Assembly (NCBI GenBank): GCA_020429915.1
Contig: JAGQKV010000031.1
Span: 2,656 to 66,655, forward strand
From: Candidatus Omnitrophota bacterium
Lineage (GTDB): Bacteria > Omnitrophota > Gorgyraeia > Zapsychrales > Zapsychraceae
DNA length: 64,000 nt
Direction of reading: 5' to 3'
In this document: positions 9,707-20,226 of the stretch, piece after piece
How positions within the stretch are numbered: the first letter of the stretch is position 1
Layout of the letters: the number at the start of each line of letters is the position of its first letter
The notes under the pieces: model-generated
What the model saw: the letters and a program-made list of their open reading frames with translations, nothing else
What the model was told of the DNA's origin: nothing
Database searches by the model: none
Position numbers and translations under genes: made by a program

Positions 9707-11157
9707 AGCTCAAGGATCTCATCGACGGGATATATGCCGGTCCCTTGGCCCTGCATTATCATGATCTGGAAGTCGCGGGAATCAGCAGCGATTCACGCAA
9801 GGTCGATCCCAACGAGATCTTTGTCGCCTTGCGCGGTGAGCAGTTCGACGGTCGTCAGTTTATCCCCTCAGCGATCGCCCATGGGGCCCGGATCATTGTG
9901 ACGGACGACGCCCCGGCAGGGGTGCCGGGAGAAGATGCGTGCGTGCTGAACGTGGCGGATACGAATTCGTTCCTGCGCCAGATCGCGGAAAGGTTTTACG
10001 GCAATCCCTCGCGCCGCGTCAATGTTGTCGGCATAACCGGCACCAACGGAAAAACCACCATCTCCTATCTTGTTGAATCCATTCTCCATCGCGCCCAGGA
10101 AGAATGCGGCGTCGTGGGCACCGTCAATTACCGGGTCGGGCGCCAAGTTTATCCGGCCGTCAATACGACTCCCGGCTTCCTGGAAAATCAGCGCCTGCTG
10201 TATGAATTGGCCGAACAAAACATCCGCTACTGTGTTATGGAAGTTTCGTCACACGCCCTGGTGCAGAGCCGGGTCGACAACATTCAATTCAAAGCCGCTG
10301 TTTTTACCAACCTCACGCAGGATCATCTGGACTACCACGGGACCATGGAAAATTACTTTGCCGCAAAGTCACGACTATTTGAACTGGTCAGGGAAGACGG
10401 AGTCTGTTGTGTCAATGTGGACAACGACTACGGACGGCGTTTGTATCAGCAGTTGAGCCAGCATGTGATGACCTTCGGACTGAATCCGCGCGCGGAGATT
10501 CACGCGACCGACATCCGGTATTCGGTCAGAGGGACCGAGTTCCTCCTGGTGACACCGCATGGGGAGGTGCGGATCGTCACGCCGCTTTTGGGAGAATTCA
10601 ATGTGTCCAATATCCTGGCGGCGGTATGTGTCGGTTTTCATGAAGGGATTTGTCTCGAAGCGATCCATCAAGGCATCGAGGATTTGCAATGCGTGCCGGG
10701 ACGTCTGGAAAGTGTGGAATCCGACCGCGACTATGAGATCCTGATTGATTATGCCCACACGCCGGATGCCTTGAGGAATGTCTTGGCCGCCCTGCGCCGG
10801 GTCAGTCCGCGGCGGATCATACTCGTGTTCGGTTGCGGCGGTGATCGAGATCGCGGAAAGCGGCCGCTGATGGGGCGGATTGCCGCCGCGGGAGCCGACA
10901 AGATCATCGTCACCTCCGACAATCCCCGGACGGAAGACCCCGCACAAATCATAGCGGAGGTCGAATCCGGCATGAAAGGCGGTGACTATGAAGTGGTGGT
11001 CGACCGCGAACAGGCCATTGCCCGTGGTCTGAATATTGCCGGGGAAGGGGATATCGTTTTGATTGCCGGTAAGGGGCATGAGGATTATCAGGTGCTTGGT
11101 GATCGGCGCATCGATTTCAACGAGCGGTCCGTGGTGCGAAAGGTTTTGCGATGTTAA
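9703..11157 (+). CDS. murE: UDP-N-acetylmuramoyl-L-alanyl-D-glutamate--2,6-diaminopimelate ligase
   Basis: It has the Mur ligase P-loop GITGTNGKTT and a DNPR-type motif (TSDNPRTEDP) consistent with meso-DAP-adding MurE. Confidence 0.88.
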   Translation: MKLKDLIDGIYAGPLALHYHDLEVAGISSDSRKVDPNEIFVALRGEQFDGRQFIPSAIAHGARIIVTDDAPAGVPGEDACVLNVADTNSFLRQIAERFYGNPSRRVNVVGITGTNGKTTISYLVESILHRAQEECGVVGTVNYRVGRQVYPAVNTTPGFLENQRLLYELAEQNIRYCVMEVSSHALVQSRVDNIQFKAAVFTNLTQDHLDYHGTMENYFAAKSRLFELVREDGVCCVNVDNDYGRRLYQQLSQHVMTFGLNPRAEIHATDIRYSVRGTEFLLVTPHGEVRIVTPLLGEFNVSNILAAVCVGFHEGICLEAIHQGIEDLQCVPGRLESVESDRDYEILIDYAHTPDALRNVLAALRRVSPRRIILVFGCGGDRDRGKRPLMGRIAAAGADKIIVTSDNPRTEDPAQIIAEVESGMKGGDYEVVVDREQAIARGLNIAGEGDIVLIAGKGHEDYQVLGDRRIDFNERSVVRKVLRC

Positions 11158-12515
11158 ACCTGGCGGATATTCGCCGGGTGTGCCGCGGCCGTATCATGAG
11201 CGGAGAGGCGCGCGGCACCGTGGATTCGGTATCCATAGATTCACGCACGGTACAGCCCGGCGGACTCTTCGTCGCTATAAAGGGCGATAGGTTCGACGGG
11301 CATCGCTACATTGCGCAGGCGGCCGCCAAAGGAGCGCGTGCGGTCATTGTGTCGCGGCGAGTTGCCGCAAAGGGAATGACCGTGATCCAAGTCAGCGACA
11401 CGGTCCGCGCATTGGGACGGATAGCCTGCCTGCATCGACAGCACTTTTCCGGACCGGTCATCGCGATCACCGGGAGCGCCGGAAAAACCAGTTGCCGTCG
11501 AGTGATCGCGGCCGTACTGGGGGCTTCCCATCGGGTCCTCCAGAGTGCCCGGTCGGAAAATAACTGGATCGGCGTGCCGTTGACGCTTTTGAAGTTGCGT
11601 CCCGAACATGATATCGCCGTTGTGGAAGCCGGGACAAATCAAACCGGCGATATGGCGTGGCTGGCCTCGATTATTCAACCGGACGTCACGGTCTTTACCA
11701 ATATCGGTGATTCCCATTTGGCCGGTCTGAAGGACCGCGGGGGAGTTTACCGGGAGAAAATCCATTTGGCGCAGGGACGGCCCGGTCCGGCAGCTGTCCT
11801 GTTTAATGCGGATGACGAGTATCTCGCGCGGATTCCGCAGGAAGGATGGGCGACGGCTTTAAAAGGTTTTTCGGTCGACTCGCCATCCGATTGCCGCGCC
11901 CGGGACGTTCGTGTCACGGCCGCCGGCGGGGTCCGCTTCCGGGTCGGGGGGAGCGACTATCATATGCGGCTGCCCGGCCGGCAGCATGTGTATAATGCGC
12001 TGGCCGCGATCCTGTGCGCCCGCCGCTTCCGTGTCCCGCCGGTAAACGTGCGTACGGCCCTGGCCCGGATAACCCCGGCGGACAACCGCGGAAACCTGGT
12101 CAAGACCCGCGGGGGTGTCTGGATTTTGGACGACACCTATAACGCCAATCCGCTGTCGTTTCAACGAGCGCTTGAGTTTTTGGCGGAACTTCCGGGGGCG
12201 CGTCGCCGCATTGTGGTGTGCGGGGACATGCTTGAGCTGGGGGCGATGTCAAGACGGTTACATCAGGATCTGGGTCGGTGCATGGCACAGGCCGGTGTTG
12301 CGGTGTTGTTGGGATTTGGCGCTCAATCCCGTTACGTCGTCGACGCTTACCGCCAGGCCGCGCCGGCGGGTATCGCGACGGGTTACGGATCACTGTCGGC
12401 CTTGCACCGGGGCCTCGGACGGATCGTTCGTCGCGGTGACGTGGTCCTGGTCAAGGGATCACGTTCGATGCGCATGGAAAAAACAGTGGAATATTTGAAA
12501 GGAAAGTTGAGTTAG
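11151..12515 (+). CDS. murF: UDP-N-acetylmuramoyl-tripeptide--D-alanyl-D-alanine ligase
   Basis: The Mur ligase family P-loop AITGSAGKTS is present. Its position after murE fits. Confidence 0.85.
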   Translation: MLNLADIRRVCRGRIMSGEARGTVDSVSIDSRTVQPGGLFVAIKGDRFDGHRYIAQAAAKGARAVIVSRRVAAKGMTVIQVSDTVRALGRIACLHRQHFSGPVIAITGSAGKTSCRRVIAAVLGASHRVLQSARSENNWIGVPLTLLKLRPEHDIAVVEAGTNQTGDMAWLASIIQPDVTVFTNIGDSHLAGLKDRGGVYREKIHLAQGRPGPAAVLFNADDEYLARIPQEGWATALKGFSVDSPSDCRARDVRVTAAGGVRFRVGGSDYHMRLPGRQHVYNALAAILCARRFRVPPVNVRTALARITPADNRGNLVKTRGGVWILDDTYNANPLSFQRALEFLAELPGARRRIVVCGDMLELGAMSRRLHQDLGRCMAQAGVAVLLGFGAQSRYVVDAYRQAAPAGIATGYGSLSALHRGLGRIVRRGDVVLVKGSRSMRMEKTVEYLKGKLS

Positions 12516-12524
12516 GCTACCGAT

Positions 12525-13610
12525 ATGTTTTATTTTTTGTCGCAATTCCGGGAGGCCCATTTCGGGTTCAATATCTTCCGTTACATCACATTCCGTACGG
12601 GCATGGCGGCGTTTACCACTTTTGTGCTGTGCGTCACCGTCGGGCCGTTGATCATCCGTAAATTGCGGAAGATGAAGGTCGGAGAAGTGGCCAAGCGGGA
12701 CGATTGCCCGGATTTGGATCAGTTTCAGAATGCCAAAGAGGGGACGCCGACGATGGGAGGGCTGTTTGTGGTCGGCAGCATCGTGATTTCGGTCCTGCTG
12801 TGGGGAGATTTGGGGAATCATTTTGTCCTGCTAACCCTTTTCACCTGCGTGTACCTCGCTGTCTTGGGTTGGGTGGATGACTACTATAAACTGAAAGGCA
12901 TCGGCCGGCGCGGACTGACCAAGCGGACTAAACTGCTCTGGGAGATTTTGTTGGGTTGTTTTATCGGTTCCTATGTCTATTTCAATCCGACGACATCGAC
13001 GCAGTTGGATATGCCATTTTTAAAGGACGCGATCATAAGTTTGGGATGGCTGTACATTCCCTTTGTGGCCATGATCGTCATCGGAACCTCCAATGCCGTC
13101 AATTTAACGGACGGTCTTGACGGTCTGGCCATCGGATGTGTCTTGGTAGTCAGCATCACCCTGGCGATCCTCAGTTATATCACCGGGCATATCAAGTTCA
13201 GTTCCTATTTATTCATCCCCTTTATCGCGGATGCGGGCGAGCTGACGGTGGTGTGTTCCGCCATCGTCGGTGCGAGTCTCGGGTTTCTGTGGTTCAATTG
13301 TCATCCGGCAAGCGTCTTTATGGGGGATACCGGTTCGTTGTCGCTTGGTGGGACGCTTGGGGTTTTGGCGGTCCTGATTAAAAAGGAGCTGCTGTTGGTC
13401 ATCATCGGGGGGGTCTTTGTGATCGAAGCGGTTTCGGTGATTATGCAAATTATTTCATTCCGGGTGTGGGGAAAACGGATATTTAAGATGTCGCCGTTTC
13501 ATCATCATTTGCAGCTCTCCGGTTGGCCGGAGTCGAAAATCATCATCCGGTTCTGGATCCTGGCCGTGATTATGGCGCTGCTGGCGTTAACAACATTGAA
13601 GATTCGTTAG
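12525..13610 (+). CDS. mraY: phospho-N-acetylmuramoyl-pentapeptide transferase
   Basis: It is polytopic and carries the motifs NAVNLTDGLDGLA and HHH (SPFHHHLQL). Confidence 0.92.
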   Translation: MFYFLSQFREAHFGFNIFRYITFRTGMAAFTTFVLCVTVGPLIIRKLRKMKVGEVAKRDDCPDLDQFQNAKEGTPTMGGLFVVGSIVISVLLWGDLGNHFVLLTLFTCVYLAVLGWVDDYYKLKGIGRRGLTKRTKLLWEILLGCFIGSYVYFNPTTSTQLDMPFLKDAIISLGWLYIPFVAMIVIGTSNAVNLTDGLDGLAIGCVLVVSITLAILSYITGHIKFSSYLFIPFIADAGELTVVCSAIVGASLGFLWFNCHPASVFMGDTGSLSLGGTLGVLAVLIKKELLLVIIGGVFVIEAVSVIMQIISFRVWGKRIFKMSPFHHHLQLSGWPESKIIIRFWILAVIMALLALTTLKIR

Positions 13611-14915
13611 ATGCTGGATTTGACTGATAAAACAGTGACGGTTGTCGGTGCCGGGCGTTCCGGGCTGGCCTTGGTCCGATTGGTGCGCCGGATTAAGGGA
13701 GAGCCGCGTTTAACGGACAGGCGCCCTGCCGAAGATATCCCGGACCATGATCTGAGTGCTTTGCATGAGCAAGGGATCGTCACAGAGTTTGGCGGGCACA
13801 CCCGGGATTTTCTGGACGGATCCCATATGCTGGTCCTCAGTCCGGGTGTCCCGTTCACATCGGAGATCGTCCAATGGGCCCGCGAGATGTCCGTGCCTGT
13901 GATGGGAGAGATTGAATTTGCCTATCAGTTTTGTCAGGCGCCGGTCATTGCCGTGACCGGCAGCAACGGCAAAACAACGGTGGTCAATCTGATTACCCGT
14001 GTACTTCAGGAAGCCGGCATATCCGCCCGTCTCTGCGGCAATGTCGGGTATCCCTTTTCGGATTATTGCCGTGACGGTCAGGATTATGGTTACTACGTCC
14101 TGGAACTCAGCTCGTTTCAGCTGGAGTCGCTGCTTTCGCCGGGTGATCCGTTAGTGCGTTCACAGGCGGCGCGCGGTTTTCGACCGAAGATCGGAGTCAT
14201 CCTGAATTTCAGCGAGAACCATCTGGACCGTCACGCCGATCTTGATGAGTATTTTGCCGCGAAATGGCGCTTGTTTCAGAATCAGCGGGAAGAGGATTAC
14301 GCGGTCCTGAACGAAGGCTGCGCCCGCAGCCGGGAGCGGGCCGGTGAGCTGAAGGCGCGCACTCGTTTTTTCAGCGCCGGCCAGGACGATCCGGAACGGG
14401 CCGGCAATCCCAATCATGCGGTTGTGCGGCTGATCGCCAGTATTCTGAATATCCATCCCGGGGTCATCGACAGTGTCCTGGAGGCGTTTGAAGGGGTGGA
14501 ACACCGCATGGAGTTGGTCCGTTCTTTGCACGGGGTCACGTACATTAACGATTCCAAGTCAACCACTGCCGAATCCGGACGCTGGGCGCTCAGTCAGTTG
14601 CCGGGGCCGGTGATCATGATTTGCGGCGGACGGGACAAAAATATCGAATTCAGTCCGTTGCGGGAACTTGTGCGGCTGCGGGTCAAGTCGATGTATGTTA
14701 TCGGTGAGGCAAGTGATAAATTGCGGGACACGTTCGCGCAAGTGGTGCCGGTTTCCGTCTGTCCCGATTTGCGGCAGGCCGTTAATCGCGCCCGGGATGA
14801 GGCGGCTGCCGGGGACAGTGTGCTGTTAAGTCCGATGTGCGCCAGCTTCGACATGTTTGCCAACTTTGAGCAACGGGGCGCCATCTACAAACAGATCGTT
14901 ATGGAGTTGAGCTGA
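13611..14915 (+). CDS. murD: UDP-N-acetylmuramoylalanine--D-glutamate ligase
   Basis: There is an N-terminal Rossmann fold (VVGAGRSG) and the Mur ligase P-loop GSNGKTT. Confidence 0.88.
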   Translation: MLDLTDKTVTVVGAGRSGLALVRLVRRIKGEPRLTDRRPAEDIPDHDLSALHEQGIVTEFGGHTRDFLDGSHMLVLSPGVPFTSEIVQWAREMSVPVMGEIEFAYQFCQAPVIAVTGSNGKTTVVNLITRVLQEAGISARLCGNVGYPFSDYCRDGQDYGYYVLELSSFQLESLLSPGDPLVRSQAARGFRPKIGVILNFSENHLDRHADLDEYFAAKWRLFQNQREEDYAVLNEGCARSRERAGELKARTRFFSAGQDDPERAGNPNHAVVRLIASILNIHPGVIDSVLEAFEGVEHRMELVRSLHGVTYINDSKSTTAESGRWALSQLPGPVIMICGGRDKNIEFSPLRELVRLRVKSMYVIGEASDKLRDTFAQVVPVSVCPDLRQAVNRARDEAAAGDSVLLSPMCASFDMFANFEQRGAIYKQIVMELS

Positions 14916-14916
14916 G

Positions 14917-16014
14917 ATGACAGATATGCGGCCGTTACGAATTTCCATTGCCATGATCGTCGCGTTGTTGCTGTGTCTGGGCCTGATCATGATATATTCC
15001 TCCAGCGGGGTTTATGCCTCGGAAAACTTGGGTGACCGGACCTATTTCTTGAAGAGACAGCTGATTTTCCTGGGCATCGGGTCTGTCTTTTCTTTTCTCA
15101 TTATGTCTATTGATTACCGGATCTTGCAGCAATACTCCAAGTGGCTGTTGATCGGGGCCTTTGTCATGCTGCTGCTGGTGCTGATTCCGGGCATCGGAAC
15201 CTCGAGTTTCGGTGCGCGCCGTTGGTTCAAGCTCGGTCCGATCAGTTTTCAGCCTTCCGAGTTTACCAAATTGGCCATCATGATTTATGCCGCCGACTTT
15301 CTGGCCCGAAAACAGGGAAAAATAACCAATTTTCTCGAGGGATTTTTACCGTTATTGATTATAATGGGGAGTGTATGTTTGCTGATTATTAAGCAGCCCG
15401 ACCTGGGCAGCTCGGTGCTGATTGCGAGCATCATCCTTACCCTGCTGTACGTGGCCGGGACGCGGTTGATTTATATCGGCGGCCTGGTACTGTCTGCGGT
15501 GCCGTTGCTGGTTTATCTGGTCATCAGTGAACCGTACCGGATGCGGCGGATCATCGCCTTTCTTGATCCCTGGCAGGACAGCCAGGGGGCGGGATTCCAG
15601 CTGTCCCAGTCCCAGATCGCTTTGGGCTCCGGGGGGATCTTCGGAGTCGGGCTTGGCCAAAGCATGCAGAAGTTGTTTTATCTGCCCGCGGCCCATACGG
15701 ATTTTATCCTGTCGATAATCGGTGAGGAGCTTGGCCTCATCGGAACGCTCATGACCGTGTTGCTGTTTGCGGCGTTTATCTGGCAGGGCGCCCGGATTAT
15801 CAAGCGGACTTCTAATCCGTTCGGATATTATCTGGCGACCGGGATTGTGGCGCTGATCGGCATGCAGGCCGTGGTGAATATCGGTGTGAGCATCGGGGCA
15901 TTTCCGACCAAGGGACTCCCGTTGCCGTTTATCAGCTACGGTGGTTCCGCGCTGGTGTTCAATATGCTGAGTGTGGGCCTGTTGTTGAATATATCCCGAA
16001 TCGAAGATATATGA
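14917..16014 (+). CDS. ftsW: peptidoglycan glycosyltransferase FtsW (SEDS family)
   Basis: It is a 10-TM FtsW/RodA/SpoVE family protein, placed in the dcw cluster between murD and murG. Confidence 0.88.
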   Translation: MTDMRPLRISIAMIVALLLCLGLIMIYSSSGVYASENLGDRTYFLKRQLIFLGIGSVFSFLIMSIDYRILQQYSKWLLIGAFVMLLLVLIPGIGTSSFGARRWFKLGPISFQPSEFTKLAIMIYAADFLARKQGKITNFLEGFLPLLIIMGSVCLLIIKQPDLGSSVLIASIILTLLYVAGTRLIYIGGLVLSAVPLLVYLVISEPYRMRRIIAFLDPWQDSQGAGFQLSQSQIALGSGGIFGVGLGQSMQKLFYLPAAHTDFILSIIGEELGLIGTLMTVLLFAAFIWQGARIIKRTSNPFGYYLATGIVALIGMQAVVNIGVSIGAFPTKGLPLPFISYGGSALVFNMLSVGLLLNISRIEDI

Positions 16015-17084
16015 GAGTTATGTTGGCGGCCGGCGGTACGGCGGGGCATCTGGGGCCGGCTGTGGAAGTCGCCCGTTGGTTGCGGCGTGAAGGGCACACT
16101 GTCACGTTTGTCGGCGTATTGGGAGACAACGCAGAGCGGCTGCGGGATGAAGGATTTGAGGCGCGGGAGTTGGCTGCGCGCGGACTGCAGGGGGAAGGTG
16201 TCCGGCATGATCTGTCCGCAGTTCTTTCGCTAATTAAAGCGGCTTGGCAGGCACGGGTGATTATTAAATCGGTCCGGCCTCAGGTCATCGCGGGTTTCGG
16301 CGGATACGCCGCGTTTCCGGTCGTCGGCGCTGCCATTATGTGCGGCGTGCCCGCGGTCATTCATGAACAGAATGTGGTCCCCGGGCGGGCCAACCGGTTG
16401 CTCGGCCGGTTTGTCCGCAAGATTGCGGTGAGTTTCCGCGAGTCACGCGCGCATTGGTCCGCCGGCAAGATTGTCGTCACCGGTTGCCCGGTCAGTCCGG
16501 GAACGCCGGAACACGGGCGGGATGACTTTTATCGGAAGGTAAACTTCTCGTCCGAACGCAAAACGGTCCTGGTTTTCGGCGGCAGCCAGGGCAGCCAGCG
16601 GATTAACAACCTTTTTCCGGCTTGTGTCGGGCCGTTGACGGCCAGGTTTCCGGTCCAGATTTTGCATGTCAGCGGCCGCGGAAGATTGGCGGAGCTGGAG
16701 GCGGCCTATGCGAACGTTCAGGCCCCGTACCGGCTCTTTGAGTACTACCGGCCGATGGCTACTTTATATGCGTCGGCAGACGTCATTGTGTGCCGGGCCG
16801 GAGCGGCCACCGTCAATGAGCTGGTGGTATTCGGAAAGCCTGCCTGCTTGGTGCCTTACCCGCACGCTGGCGGCCACCAGGAATTTAACGCGCGGGTGCT
16901 GGTTGAAGCCGGCGTGGCTCAGATGATCAAGGACGAGGAGTTGACCCCCGAGAATTTATCGGGCCGGATCGGTGTACTCCTGGATGATCCGCCGCAGCAG
17001 AAAAATTTTACGCGTTTGCAGGACGAAATGAACGTCAATAATGCCACCGACACATTGGCCAAGGAAATCTTAAACACCGCATGA
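16011..17084 (+). CDS. murG: UDP-N-acetylglucosamine--N-acetylmuramyl-(pentapeptide) pyrophosphoryl-undecaprenol N-acetylglucosamine transferase
   Basis: It has the GT28 N-terminal motif (AGGTAGH) and the C-terminal donor-binding domain. Confidence 0.88.
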   Translation: MRVMLAAGGTAGHLGPAVEVARWLRREGHTVTFVGVLGDNAERLRDEGFEARELAARGLQGEGVRHDLSAVLSLIKAAWQARVIIKSVRPQVIAGFGGYAAFPVVGAAIMCGVPAVIHEQNVVPGRANRLLGRFVRKIAVSFRESRAHWSAGKIVVTGCPVSPGTPEHGRDDFYRKVNFSSERKTVLVFGGSQGSQRINNLFPACVGPLTARFPVQILHVSGRGRLAELEAAYANVQAPYRLFEYYRPMATLYASADVIVCRAGAATVNELVVFGKPACLVPYPHAGGHQEFNARVLVEAGVAQMIKDEELTPENLSGRIGVLLDDPPQQKNFTRLQDEMNVNNATDTLAKEILNTA

Positions 17085-17872
17085 CGCGATTACTCACAGC
17101 TTTGCTTACCGGTTTCCTGATTTCAGCGGTCACGGTCCAGCCCGCATTTGCCAAAGAGTACGAATGGCAGGAGGAGCGCGGTCGGCACACGATTGTGCTC
17201 TACCGTTCGGCTCCCCGTGATTTTGTGCAAAGCGTTGAAGAATCGGCCGAAGATTATTATTCCCGTATTACCCGCACCTTTGGATTTCCCCGGCGCGGTG
17301 TCTGGTCGTATGATGAACGGGTCAAGATCTATATTTATGACAACGAGGATGAATATGTGACCGTCGGCCAACAAAAGCGCTGGTCCCACGGCGTGGCCTC
17401 TCCCTATGAAAAGATTATCCGGACCTATCCGTCGGCCTCGGGTTTTTTCGACACGACGCTGCCTCACGAACTGGCCCATATCGTCTTTCGTGAATATGTA
17501 GGATACCGCACATTTATTCCGACATGGTTTGAGGAAGGGGTGGCCATGTATGCGGAACGCGCCAAGCGCTTCGGTGCCCACAACGCGGTCCGGGAGGCCC
17601 GGCGGCGCGGACAGTTTCGCACCCTCCAAGAGCTGACATTAACCGGGATGCGGGGGATCAACGGGCGGCAGGAGGCGGCGTTGTTCTACATGCATGCCGC
17701 CAGTATCGTGAAATTCATGATCGATGAGCACGGCAAGCAAAAATTCGTACGCTTCTGTCGCAAATTAAAAGAAGGTAAACCATTTGATTGGGCCTTGGAT
17801 GAGTCCTATCCCAGATTCAAGAATACCGACCGTCTCAATGAGGCATGGGTCAAATTTCTCGACAATGACTAA
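17081..17872 (+). CDS. secreted zincin-like protein (HExxH; peptidase-MA-like fold) inserted in the dcw cluster
   Basis: There is a signal peptide (AVTVQPAFA-KE). The motif LPHELAHIVFREY....WFEEGVAMYAE fits HExxH plus a downstream Glu, as in peptidase_MA-type domains. It overlaps murG and murC at both ends. Confidence 0.5.
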   Translation: MTRLLTALLTGFLISAVTVQPAFAKEYEWQEERGRHTIVLYRSAPRDFVQSVEESAEDYYSRITRTFGFPRRGVWSYDERVKIYIYDNEDEYVTVGQQKRWSHGVASPYEKIIRTYPSASGFFDTTLPHELAHIVFREYVGYRTFIPTWFEEGVAMYAERAKRFGAHNAVREARRRGQFRTLQELTLTGMRGINGRQEAALFYMHAASIVKFMIDEHGKQKFVRFCRKLKEGKPFDWALDESYPRFKNTDRLNEAWVKFLDND

Positions 17873-19259
17873 ACATTATCACTTAATCGGAATCGGCGGG
17901 ATCGGGATGAGCACCATCGCATCGTTGTTATTAGCCAAAGGGCAGCGCGTGAGCGGTTCGGATGTGAGGGAGAATGCCTCGGTCAGCAGGCTGATCGCTC
18001 AGGGCGCTTCAATCACCGTCGGCCACAATTCGGAAAATATCGGAGATGCCGATATCGTGGTGTATTCTTCGGCGATCACCGACGCCAACTGCGAACTTGC
18101 CGCCGCCCATCGCCGGGGTATCCCCGTCCTGCGGCGTGCGCAGGTCCTGGCGCAACTCATGGGGGAGCACACCGGCATCACGGTGGCCGGCGCCCACGGC
18201 AAGACGACCACAACTTCGATGATCGGCCAAATGATGAGCGCCGCCGGGCTGGAACCCACCACGGCCATCGGCGGGATCGTTATGGGCAGCGGCTTAAACG
18301 CCGCGCTCGGGAAAGGCAAGTACTTTGTGGCTGAGGTCGACGAAAGTGACGGATCGTTTCTGTATTTCTCTCCGGATTATTCCATCATCAGTAACATCGA
18401 TCTGGAGCACCTGGATTACTACCAGAACTGGAAGCATATCGCGGACACTTACCAGGAATTCTTTCAACGGACATCGGCGGGTGGAGTGATCATCGCCTAC
18501 GGCGATGATCACCGTTTGTGCGATCTTATTCGGCAAAGCGGCCGGGAGTTCAAAACCTTCGGATTTTCATCCGATGATGATGTGTTTGCGACCAATATCC
18601 GGATGCAGGAATTTCATACCTCCTTCGATTGCGTGATCCGGGGAGAAGTGGCCGGTCAGGTGGAAATTCCCATTCCCGGCCGGCACAATATCGCCAACGC
18701 CCTGGCATGTCTTTGCCTCGGGAGTCAGCTCGGCATCGATTTCAATGTCATGGCCGAAAGCCTGTCCGGGTTCGGCGGCGTCCAGCGCCGTTTCGAAACC
18801 TTGGGTATCGTCGAGGACATTATGGTCGTCGACGACTACGCGCATCATCCCACCGAAATCTTGGCGACTTTGCAGACGGCGCATGAACAGCACGTCGGGC
18901 GTGTTATCGGGATATTTCAACCGCACCGCTATTCCCGCTTGAAGGCATTGTGGAAGGAGTTTGTCGAAAGCCTTAAGGACGTGGATTATCTGATTGTTAC
19001 CGATGTGTATGCGGCGAGTGAGAACGTGATTCCGGGAGTGGAGAGCGCGGCGTTCGTCAATGATTTGAAGAAAATTAGCGATCATCCGGTCATCTACATC
19101 AAGCAGGAAAAGATCGTCAACCATCTGTTCAAAACCGCCATGCCCGGCGATTTGGTCATCACCCTGGGCGCGGGCGATGTCAATCAGGTGGGCTACGAAT
19201 TCGTACGGAAAAAGAAAATGAAACTGGAGAAGCAAATGGAGAAGATCAGTGAGTCATAA
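17865..19259 (+). CDS. murC: UDP-N-acetylmuramate--L-alanine ligase
   Basis: The sequence MTKHYHLIGIGGIGMSTIA... plus the P-loop GAHGKTTTTS is present. I chose the start at 17865 rather than the ORF-track 17784. Confidence 0.9.
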   Translation: MTKHYHLIGIGGIGMSTIASLLLAKGQRVSGSDVRENASVSRLIAQGASITVGHNSENIGDADIVVYSSAITDANCELAAAHRRGIPVLRRAQVLAQLMGEHTGITVAGAHGKTTTTSMIGQMMSAAGLEPTTAIGGIVMGSGLNAALGKGKYFVAEVDESDGSFLYFSPDYSIISNIDLEHLDYYQNWKHIADTYQEFFQRTSAGGVIIAYGDDHRLCDLIRQSGREFKTFGFSSDDDVFATNIRMQEFHTSFDCVIRGEVAGQVEIPIPGRHNIANALACLCLGSQLGIDFNVMAESLSGFGGVQRRFETLGIVEDIMVVDDYAHHPTEILATLQTAHEQHVGRVIGIFQPHRYSRLKALWKEFVESLKDVDYLIVTDVYAASENVIPGVESAAFVNDLKKISDHPVIYIKQEKIVNHLFKTAMPGDLVITLGAGDVNQVGYEFVRKKKMKLEKQMEKISES

Positions 19260-20226
19260 CAAATATAAATTCGGTAGGGTCGGCGTGCTCATGGGGGGAT
19301 GCTCCTCGGAGCGGGAAATCTCCCTGCAATCGGGGCAGGCGGTGTATGACGCCCTGCACGGCATGGGGCTGGATGTCCAGGCCATCGATCTGCGGGATGA
19401 TCAGCCGGACCGCGTACACGATCTGTTGTTGGAAAAAAAGGTAGAAGGCGTGTTCATTGCCCTGCACGGGAGATTCGGTGAGGACGGCCAAATTCAAAAA
19501 CTGTGCGAGCAGCTGGGGTTGCCGTATACCGGCTCCGACGCCGTGGCCAGCCGTCGCGCCTACAACAAGATTATCACTCAGAGCACCTTGTTGGCGCATA
19601 ATGTTATGGTGCCTGATTTTGTGACGATGGAAAGTCAGGACCCGGACCGCATTCCGGCGACGGTGGCGAGTCTCGGGAGCTATCCCTTTGTCGTCAAGCC
19701 GGCCTGCGAAGGTTCGAGTATCGGCGTCACCGTCGTCCGGGACGAGACCGAATTGCGGCGGGCCGTAGAGGAGGCCTGGGGGTACGGGCCCTATGTGCTC
19801 ATCGAGCGCTTTGTGCCCGGCAGAGAGCTGACCGTCGGGATCCTCGGTGATGTCCCGCTGGATGCGGTGGAGGTGGTGACGCAGCGCGCATTTTACGACT
19901 TCACCGCCAAGTACCAGGAGGGTCAGACCGAGTATAAGGTACCGGCGGACCTGCCGCTCGAAATCAGACATGTCCTGCAGGAGACGGCGTTTAAAGTTCA
20001 TACGGTGATGGGCTGCCGCGACATATCGCGGGTGGATTTTCGTCTCGATCAGGACTTGAAACCCTTCGTATTGGAAATCAATACGATCCCCGGTTTCACA
20101 CCGTACAGTCTCCTGCCTAAAGCCGCCGCGCACGCGCAGATATCATTCGATAAACTTTGTCTAACATTACTAAATCTTGCTTATGCCCAGAAAAAAGAAA
20201 AAAAACTTATTACCGCTGATCATTAA
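19249..20226 (+). CDS. ddl: D-alanine--D-alanine ligase
   Basis: It has the ATP-grasp fold, with GVLMGGCSSEREISLQSG at the N-terminus and EINTIPG at the C-terminus. Confidence 0.9.
   Translation: MSHNKYKFGRVGVLMGGCSSEREISLQSGQAVYDALHGMGLDVQAIDLRDDQPDRVHDLLLEKKVEGVFIALHGRFGEDGQIQKLCEQLGLPYTGSDAVASRRAYNKIITQSTLLAHNVMVPDFVTMESQDPDRIPATVASLGSYPFVVKPACEGSSIGVTVVRDETELRRAVEEAWGYGPYVLIERFVPGRELTVGILGDVPLDAVEVVTQRAFYDFTAKYQEGQTEYKVPADLPLEIRHVLQETAFKVHTVMGCRDISRVDFRLDQDLKPFVLEINTIPGFTPYSLLPKAAAHAQISFDKLCLTLLNLAYAQKKEKKLITADH

Noticed and set aside
8024-20133. Numerous 100-300-aa antisense ORFs inside ftsI, murE, murF, murC, ddl and similar genes (e.g. 8024-8590 -, 10375-11079 -, 18567-19235 -, 19246-20133 -)
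   Set aside because: They lie fully within strongly supported, motif-verified dcw genes on the other strand, which is typical of GC-rich antisense frames.
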